This document shows positions 1-9,185 of a stretch of 64,000 nucleotides of DNA, one piece after another. The notes under the pieces are model-generated. The model made no database searches. It was not told the DNA's origin and saw only the letters and a program-made list of their open reading frames with translations. Made by a program: the position numbers and the translations under genes. The stretch spans positions 673,890-737,889 of the forward strand of contig CP060231.1 in the NCBI GenBank assembly GCA_023898625.1. Reading direction: 5' to 3'. The first letter of the stretch is position 1. Every line of letters begins with the position of its first letter. This stretch comes from Candidatus Nomurabacteria bacterium. Lineage in GTDB: Bacteria > Patescibacteriota > Saccharimonadia > Saccharimonadales > JAGQNJ01.

Positions 1-22
1 AAAGCAACCATTTTATGAAGGA

Positions 23-2511
<2,489 letters not shown>

Positions 2512-2538
2512 CAACCATAAGCTGTATAACGATAGTAT

Positions 2539-2607
2539 TCGTGCGTATGCGCGACGTGTAAAATAAACAATAAAACAAAACTACCCGTCGCGGGTGGGCA
2601 CGCACGA
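2539..2607. other. GC-rich element with mutually exclusive helices in a convergent intergenic region
   Basis: cgtgcgt (2540-2546) pairs with acgcacg (2600-2606); cgcgacg (2550-2556) pairs with cgtcgcg (2586-2592); this competes with the local hairpin acccg-tcg-cgggt (2583-2595). Confidence 0.3.
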
Positions 2608-2608
2608 T

Positions 2609-2645
2609 AAATAAACAACTGAAATCTCGGTTGTTTATTTATTTG
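2609..2645. terminator. AU-rich hairpin, candidate terminator between convergent genes
   Basis: Perfect 11-bp stem aaataaacaac (2609-2619) / gttgtttattt (2630-2640), followed by atttg. Confidence 0.4.
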
Positions 2646-2687
2646 AATGCACTAATTCAGCCGATCTATGAGTTATGTAAGTAAGAT

Positions 2688-3710
2688 CTAATCTGTTTGG
2701 TTTAGTGCTTGATGGACTAAAGCGGTGTGCAAAAATATGTCATCACCCATGGCATGGTGTCCGCCCTCAATTGGCATTGATTGAAAACGTTGATCTCCGA
2801 ACGTTTTACCCAATCGAGATGATAGCGCCTTCATAATTCCATTGATTGACAATTCGCTTTCAGTCCCCCATATAAGAGTTGAGTTAGTTTCAGGACATCG
2901 ACGTATAACAGAAGTTAAGTTTTGTTCGAATTTTCCTGATGCAATACCCTTTGAAATAGCTACGTTACTTAACCGAAGTAGCCCTAAGGTGTAGCCGATT
3001 AATCCACCCTGTTTACGACTAGCTATTTTACGAGCATCTTCATATGCTGGCATTTCAGAAGCTTTTACATATCTTTTTAGCTCTGAGTTTGATGACAAGA
3101 AGTCACTACCTAGCTTTCCAAGTGATCTAGGAAGGACAGATGCAGGCTCTATAGGTATTAAGTTTGGAGTTTGAATATCGAAACCGTTGGCTAATGAGGC
3201 AGTGCTTACGGCCTTGTCGGCTCCATACGAATACCCTACTTGGTCTGCAGTATTGATCTTTTGAGTATGAGCATAGAATAGTATAGGTTCAATAGTATCT
3301 CTAAAAATGCCTTTCGATACACGGTCACGATCAGATTTATATAATTTTCCTCCTTTAGCAAGGGGGTGGGCAGGGTTGCTAGAGGCAATGATTCTTGTAT
3401 TTGGTAATGCTGTCGATAACGCCATGAGGCGAGCTTGCATATTCTCATCTATCGAATTACCCATCGGTAGGTGATAAATCATTGTAGATTCCGCCTCTAC
3501 GGGGATAATGTCTATAAGTTTAATCGGGAATCCGTACTGAGGAGATACGGTTGTTTCATGCATATGTGCGTGCGATCTGCTAGATTGAAAATCACTATAC
3601 ATTGAGTTCCAATCTGGGAATGATCGAAGTTTCTCTGCTGTTTCTGTAACTACGTCCAAGGTTGTATCGTCAAACTCGTAGTATTGACTAAGTCGTTCGG
3701 TATTTTGCAT
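2688..3710 (-). CDS. alpha/beta-hydrolase-fold protein (GYSYG nucleophile elbow)
   Basis: The track ORF runs 2688-3740, but its first 10 codons overlap the tRNA. The internal start MQNTERL at 3710 follows GGAGGA plus a 4-nt spacer. Motifs: GYSYGADK and GGHHAMGDD. Confidence 0.7.
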   Translation of the reverse strand: MQNTERLSQYYEFDDTTLDVVTETAEKLRSFPDWNSMYSDFQSSRSHAHMHETTVSPQYGFPIKLIDIIPVEAESTMIYHLPMGNSIDENMQARLMALSTALPNTRIIASSNPAHPLAKGGKLYKSDRDRVSKGIFRDTIEPILFYAHTQKINTADQVGYSYGADKAVSTASLANGFDIQTPNLIPIEPASVLPRSLGKLGSDFLSSNSELKRYVKASEMPAYEDARKIASRKQGGLIGYTLGLLRLSNVAISKGIASGKFEQNLTSVIRRCPETNSTLIWGTESELSINGIMKALSSRLGKTFGDQRFQSMPIEGGHHAMGDDIFLHTALVHQALNQTD

Positions 3711-3729
3711 AAAATCCTCCATATTAGTT

Positions 3730-3806
3730 TGGTGGAGCATAAGGGATTCGAACCCTTGACCTCATCCATGCCATGGATGCGCGCTAGCCAACTGCGCCAA
3801 TGCCCC
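3730..3806 (-). tRNA. tRNA-Ala (anticodon GGC), CCA encoded
   Basis: Hand-folded cloverleaf: acceptor GGGGCAT/ATGCTCC with the G3:U70 alanine identity pair, anticodon stem CATCC/GGATG with loop ATGGCAT, T arm AAGGG-TTCGAAT-CCCTT, 3-prime ACCA. Confidence 0.9.
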
Positions 3807-3883
3807 AACTTTTTGTAAATTGATTTTACAATATTTCGTACCGTATTGGTAGAGTAAAGCAAGACTGGTACAATACTTACATC

Positions 3884-4789
3884 ATGAAACATATCTCAAA
3901 AGAAGATCGTGAAACCTATATAAAGACGATATTAATAGTTGGTTCCGTGTTGTTAATTTTCTTGGTATGGCTGTGGTGGTCAAGAATATACACTAGTAAA
4001 AGTAATGTATTTAATGCAATGCTTTCCAATAATCTTTCAACAAGAGGGGTCACCAAAACTACCCAGCAAGATAATTCTAATGGAAAGCTAACTCAAACGT
4101 CACAAGCACAATTTGGGGCGCAGTATTTAGTTGAAACTAAAACTGACATTACTCAGCCATCGGATGGCGGTGATATTAAAGTTTCAACCCAGTCATTTTC
4201 AACACCAAACGAGGATTATGTTAGGTACGCCTCTATCGATATGCCTCAAGTAAAAAATCAACCAAAAAAAGATTTCTCGTCTCTAGTTTCTGTATGGGGC
4301 AAGACACTGAAAGCAGAAGGAGGGGGTGGAGCTTTTACGGAATCAATCTATGGCGTTATTCCGTTCGGGAATTTGCCATCAGAACAGCGCAATGAACTCC
4401 TGAATATAATACATAGTCAAGGTGTCTACAAAACAGACTTCTCAAAAACCGAGATTAAAAAAGAAGGTGGTCGAACGGTCTATATATATGATGTAAGTAT
4501 CAATCTAAAAAGTTACGCAACGTTCTTGAAAGCATATGATAAGATGTTGGGATTAAAGCAAATGGACTCCGTTAATCCAGCTGATTATGAAAAAGCAGAT
4601 CCAATCAAAGTAAAATTGACTGTTGATAAGCTAAGTAGGACATTATCTAAGATCGACTATCAAGATGAGAATAGTGACGAAACAATTGCTGGATATGGCA
4701 TAGCTAAATATGTGAAATTACCAGAAAATGCCATCAGTCGGCAAGAGTTAGAAGGTAAGCTTCAAAAGTTATTGCAAGCTATTCAGTAG
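3884..4789 (+). CDS. membrane-anchored protein, function unknown
   Basis: 301-aa ORF with one N-terminal TM helix (ILIVGSVLLIFLVWLWW); TGgTACAAT box 9 nt upstream of the ATG. Confidence 0.6.
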   Translation: MKHISKEDRETYIKTILIVGSVLLIFLVWLWWSRIYTSKSNVFNAMLSNNLSTRGVTKTTQQDNSNGKLTQTSQAQFGAQYLVETKTDITQPSDGGDIKVSTQSFSTPNEDYVRYASIDMPQVKNQPKKDFSSLVSVWGKTLKAEGGGGAFTESIYGVIPFGNLPSEQRNELLNIIHSQGVYKTDFSKTEIKKEGGRTVYIYDVSINLKSYATFLKAYDKMLGLKQMDSVNPADYEKADPIKVKLTVDKLSRTLSKIDYQDENSDETIAGYGIAKYVKLPENAISRQELEGKLQKLLQAIQ

Positions 4790-4823
4790 TCAAAGATATA
4801 TAGCTAAAGTATAATTATCTAGT

Positions 4824-5579
4824 ATGCAAGTAATTGTCAATTCCCTCTTGGTTAATTATAGGATTATTGGGAAAGAAAAAGAAACTATTACTATGCTTCA
4901 TGGTTGGGGTGATTCGTTAAGTACATTTGATCGTATCGCAACAACACTGAGTAATAAATACACAGTAATCTTGCTTGATCTGCCTGGTTTTGGTGGTACC
5001 CAGCCCCCGAGTCAACCATGGGGGCTGGATGAATATGCAAAATTTGTAGCTGATTTTTCGCAAAAAGTGGGGTGCCAGAACTTGAGGGCAGTTGTTGGCC
5101 ATTCCAACGGTGGCGCAATTGCACTACGGGGCCTCGGTAGCGGTGTGATACGTGCGGATAAACTTGTGCTTCTGGCATCTGCAGGAATTCGTAACCAGTA
5201 TAAGGGCCGAAAGAGGGGTCTGCGCCTGGCTGCCAAGACAGCAAAGCTGATGACGAAACCTCTACCCAAACAAATACAAGCAAGATTGAAGAAAAAGGCG
5301 TACGGGGCAATTGGCTCAGATTTATTTGTGGCTGAACATCTTCAAGACACTTTTAAGCGCATCATTACTGACGACACACAGGCTGATGCGGCAAAAGTTC
5401 GCATTCCTTGTCTGCTTATATATGGTTCAGAAGATACCGCAACACCTCCTGAATACGGAGAGATTTATCATAAGGCAATCGGTGGTAGTAATCTGCATAT
5501 TATTTCTGGCGCAGGTCATTTTCTGCACCACACCCATACTGAGCAGGTTTCTAAACTGGTAGAGGAGTTTCTAAAATGA
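4824..5579 (+). CDS. alpha/beta hydrolase
   Basis: 251-aa ORF; HGWGDS oxyanion region, GHSNGG nucleophile elbow, C-terminal GAGHF His motif. Confidence 0.8.
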   Translation: MQVIVNSLLVNYRIIGKEKETITMLHGWGDSLSTFDRIATTLSNKYTVILLDLPGFGGTQPPSQPWGLDEYAKFVADFSQKVGCQNLRAVVGHSNGGAIALRGLGSGVIRADKLVLLASAGIRNQYKGRKRGLRLAAKTAKLMTKPLPKQIQARLKKKAYGAIGSDLFVAEHLQDTFKRIITDDTQADAAKVRIPCLLIYGSEDTATPPEYGEIYHKAIGGSNLHIISGAGHFLHHTHTEQVSKLVEEFLK

Positions 5580-7012
5580 GAGGAACGCTGAGTATATTTA
5601 GCCCAAAATTTGCCAAAGTAATTGTCTATATGTTACAGAGTACTGAATACCAAGTGGCGCCATATTTGCGTTGGTTTTGGCGGACGGTTAATTTTGGCCA
5701 GGTGATGAAACGGCGTGAGCTAGAGTATACGAAGGTAGCTAGGTTGGTACTACTCGCTCTGCGCTGCGGTATTGCTGTACAGATTATTTTAGGATTGATG
5801 ATGCTGTGTCTGGGTCTTGCTCGTGGCGTTAATGGGGCTTGGCCTTTAGGAGCAGCTCTGATTATTTCCTATCCTGTTGTATGGGCGCACCTGATAGTTA
5901 TTCCGCTAGTTTTGGGTGATTGGTTGGTGATACGGCCAAAAAACCGCAAGCTTATCGAGCAGTCTAGACACATCTTTGCCAATCATCCAGGTATAAAGAT
6001 TGCTGTAGCTGGCAGCTATGGCAAGACGACTATGAAAGAGCTGTTGGGTACTGTTCTTGGCGAGGGGAAAAAGGTTGCCATCACGCCGGCCAACAAGAAT
6101 GTTGCTAGCTCACATGCTAGGTTTGCGATGGGGCTGGACGGAGATGAGGACGTGCTGGTGGTTGAGTTCGGCGAAGGACGGCCAGGTGATGTCGCTGGGT
6201 TTTCGAAGACGGTTCAGCCCAACGTAGGTGTGATTACAGGTATTGCGCCAGCGCATTTGGATCAGTATCCTTCTCTGGATGCGGCCGCACAAGATATATT
6301 CTCCCTTGCAGATTACCTGCACGACGACAATGTGTATGTAAACGCTGAATCTTCGACGGCCCAGAAGTTCCTAAAAGACACGCATATTCTGTACTCGCAT
6401 GGAGGGGTAGGTGAATGGAAAGTGTCTGACATCCATGTAGATTTTGCGGGTACTCGGTTTCGCATGACCAAGAAGGGGAAGAGTTTGCAGCTAAAAAGTG
6501 GGCTGCTTGGTAGGCACCAGGTTGGACCCTTGGCTGCGGTGGTCGCTATTGCTGACTCTGTTGGACTGAATGCAAAACAGATTGAGGAGGGTGTTGCCAA
6601 GACAAAGTCGTTTGAGCACCGAATGCATGCCCGAAGTCTGCGTGGTGCTTGGATAATCGACGACAGCTATAACGGTAATATTGACGGTATTCGGGCTGGT
6701 CTCGCGCTATTGAGTGAACTGCCAGCCAAACGCAAAATTTACGTCACTCCGGGGTTAGTCGATCAGGGTGTCGAGACTGAGCGTGTACATAGAGAGATGG
6801 GTGAACTGATTGCACGTACAAACCCAGACAAAGTTGTGCTAATGAAGAACTCGGTTACGGCACACATCCTTAGAGGGTTGGAAAGTAAGGGCTTCAAGAA
6901 AGAAGTTGTGATAGAGGATAATCCCTTGGAATACTACACCAATCTAGAGCACTTCATTGCGGCTGGCGATGTGGTGTTGATGCAAAACGACTGGACTGAC
7001 AACTACCAATAA
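5576..7012 (+). CDS. Mur ligase family protein (MurF-like) with a membrane-spanning N-terminal region
   Basis: 478 aa; P-loop AGSYGKTTMKE, then GPAHLD-like IAPAHLD and DDSYNGN motifs as in MurF; the first ~125 aa are hydrophobic helices rather than the usual N-domain; ATGA overlap with the upstream gene. Confidence 0.7.
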   Translation: MRGTLSIFSPKFAKVIVYMLQSTEYQVAPYLRWFWRTVNFGQVMKRRELEYTKVARLVLLALRCGIAVQIILGLMMLCLGLARGVNGAWPLGAALIISYPVVWAHLIVIPLVLGDWLVIRPKNRKLIEQSRHIFANHPGIKIAVAGSYGKTTMKELLGTVLGEGKKVAITPANKNVASSHARFAMGLDGDEDVLVVEFGEGRPGDVAGFSKTVQPNVGVITGIAPAHLDQYPSLDAAAQDIFSLADYLHDDNVYVNAESSTAQKFLKDTHILYSHGGVGEWKVSDIHVDFAGTRFRMTKKGKSLQLKSGLLGRHQVGPLAAVVAIADSVGLNAKQIEEGVAKTKSFEHRMHARSLRGAWIIDDSYNGNIDGIRAGLALLSELPAKRKIYVTPGLVDQGVETERVHREMGELIARTNPDKVVLMKNSVTAHILRGLESKGFKKEVVIEDNPLEYYTNLEHFIAAGDVVLMQNDWTDNYQ

Positions 7013-7051
7013 TTGCAATTGACGTATACAATTGTATGCTACAATTGCAGT

Positions 7052-8218
7052 ATGAAAACTATCGCGGTATTTTTTGGCGGACGTTCCACCGAGCACGATG
7101 TTTCGGTAGTGACGGCCCTCGCAAGTATCATTAAACCCCTAGAACTCAGCAAACAATACAAAGTAGAACCGGTGTATATCGCCAAGGACGGCGCTTGGTA
7201 TTGGGGCGAGAAGCTCAAAGACATTAACCTATTTAGTAGCGGTGAATTGAATGAATTTCTACACAAAGCTCAACCGGCCAGTGTGCAGTTTGATGGCAGT
7301 ATGACACTCGTCAAAGCCTCTGGTATTGCTGGTCGCAAGAAGCTACAAAAGATTGATATTGCATTTCCGGCGATGCATGGCACCTATGGTGAAGACGGCA
7401 GCTTGATGGGATTGTTTCGGATGGCGAATATTCCTTTTGTTGGTTGTGATATGGATGCTGCGGTGTTGTGCATGGACAAGGTTTTGGCCAAGCAAGTAGC
7501 CGAGACGAATGGAGTTCCAGTCGCTAAGTACGAGTATCTATACCGAGATACTTTTGCGAGAAAGACGAAAGACACGCTCGACGGCATCGAAAAATCTTTG
7601 CGCTATCCGATGTTTGTGAAGCCGGCACATCTTGGTTCGAGTATTGGCATATCTCGTGTGACAAATACCCAAGAGCTACAGAATGCCATAGAAGTGGCAT
7701 CACATTATGACGATAAGGTAATCGTTGAGGAAGAAGTACCAAACTTGATAGAAGTGACGTTGCCAATTATGGGCAATGAAGAACTACGGGTAGCATCGTT
7801 AGAGCGCCCGTTAACAAAGCCAGAGGACTTCTTTGACTTTGAAACAAAATATATGCAAGGCGGCAAAAAGGGCGGTAAAAAAGGTGGCGCCAAAGGGTCA
7901 CAGGGCTACAGTGAAGTGCCAGCCAAGTTGGACCAGAAGTTGTACGATAAGGCCGAAGAGCTTGGGCGACAAGTTTACAGATCGCTTGGTTGTCAGGGAA
8001 TTGCCCGTATCGATATGTTGATTGACGGTAAATCAGGAGTTGTCTACTTCAACGAGGCCAATCCACTACCTGGTGGACTGTATGAACATAACTGGCAAGC
8101 CTCTGGCGTGAGCAGTGTGGAACTTGTACTAACACTTGTACGCTTTGCCGAAGAGCGTTGGCAGCGCCAGCAACAATACGCCACCGTATTTAATACAAAT
8201 TATCTTAATCAGTTTTGA
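7052..8218 (+). CDS. ddl: D-alanine--D-alanine ligase
   Basis: Start refined to MKTIAVFFGGRSTEHDVS, the typical Ddl N-terminus; ATP-grasp length; TGcTACAAT box 6 nt upstream. Confidence 0.9.
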   Translation: MKTIAVFFGGRSTEHDVSVVTALASIIKPLELSKQYKVEPVYIAKDGAWYWGEKLKDINLFSSGELNEFLHKAQPASVQFDGSMTLVKASGIAGRKKLQKIDIAFPAMHGTYGEDGSLMGLFRMANIPFVGCDMDAAVLCMDKVLAKQVAETNGVPVAKYEYLYRDTFARKTKDTLDGIEKSLRYPMFVKPAHLGSSIGISRVTNTQELQNAIEVASHYDDKVIVEEEVPNLIEVTLPIMGNEELRVASLERPLTKPEDFFDFETKYMQGGKKGGKKGGAKGSQGYSEVPAKLDQKLYDKAEELGRQVYRSLGCQGIARIDMLIDGKSGVVYFNEANPLPGGLYEHNWQASGVSSVELVLTLVRFAEERWQRQQQYATVFNTNYLNQF

Positions 8219-8230
8219 TTATGCAACAAT

Positions 8231-9142
8231 ATGAATAACACTAAAGTTTTTTTCAGTAAAGACATTGTGGAATTTAACCAAGCAAGCTTGAGTATTGCTA
8301 GTTCGGCAGTGCTTTATGGGTTGAGTGTTTATACTGTCTTTCCGATAAATCTTACTTCAAAGGGATTGATGGCTTTTAGGTTGAAAGATCATTTTCGTAG
8401 ACTCCAAGAATCTTCTAAAATCATTGGAATTGATGACTTCTTGAAAGAATGGGATTATCCAAAATTTGAAGATGCCGTCAAGCAGTTAGCTAGTGCTAAT
8501 ATGATTGATGAGGATGTTTTTGTGCGCGCAACCGTACATGTTGTTGATGCGGTGCCAGGCACTAAGTCAAGAGGCCTAAAAACAATCCTAACTATGTTTA
8601 TTTATCCTGCGCACCCAATTTTGCCCCAAAAGAATGCTCGATTAAAGACCAGTGTTTGGCGACGCGTTCCGGACTTTGCCATTCCGGCTAGGGCAAAAGT
8701 GAACGGAGCATACATAAACTCAGTACTCGCTAAGCAAGATGCAATAGATAGCGGTTATGATGATTGTGTATTCTTGGATACACAAGGTCATGTCTGTGAA
8801 CTTTCGGCCGCTAATATTTTTCTAGTTAGAGAAGGGATTATAATTACCCCAAGCAGAACTAGTGATTTGCTTGAAGGAATAAATAGGCGTACCATCATTG
8901 AGTTAGCGGAAGCTCAGAGCATAAAAGTTGAACAACGAACTGTTGATCTAACGGAGCTGTATATTGCCGATGAGGTATTTGCGTGCGGAACCTCCGCATT
9001 TGTATCAAGTATATCTGAGGTAGACGCGCGCAAAATTGGAGATGGCAATACTGGCGCATTAACCACTAAGCTCGCACAGTTGCATTATGATCTCTTGCAT
9101 GGCAAGGGTGCATTGGCTACCAAATATTTAACTAAAGTTTAA
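8231..9142 (+). CDS. class IV aminotransferase (branched-chain or D-amino-acid aminotransferase)
   Basis: 303-aa ORF with fold-type IV features (RLQESS..., ELSAANIF, EGINRRT); a position after murF-like and ddl hints at D-Ala/D-Glu supply. Confidence 0.7.
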   Translation: MNNTKVFFSKDIVEFNQASLSIASSAVLYGLSVYTVFPINLTSKGLMAFRLKDHFRRLQESSKIIGIDDFLKEWDYPKFEDAVKQLASANMIDEDVFVRATVHVVDAVPGTKSRGLKTILTMFIYPAHPILPQKNARLKTSVWRRVPDFAIPARAKVNGAYINSVLAKQDAIDSGYDDCVFLDTQGHVCELSAANIFLVREGIIITPSRTSDLLEGINRRTIIELAEAQSIKVEQRTVDLTELYIADEVFACGTSAFVSSISEVDARKIGDGNTGALTTKLAQLHYDLLHGKGALATKYLTKV

Positions 9143-9185
9143 GATTTTCAGACTAACTAGTTAAGTCGTGATATAATTACCCCTG

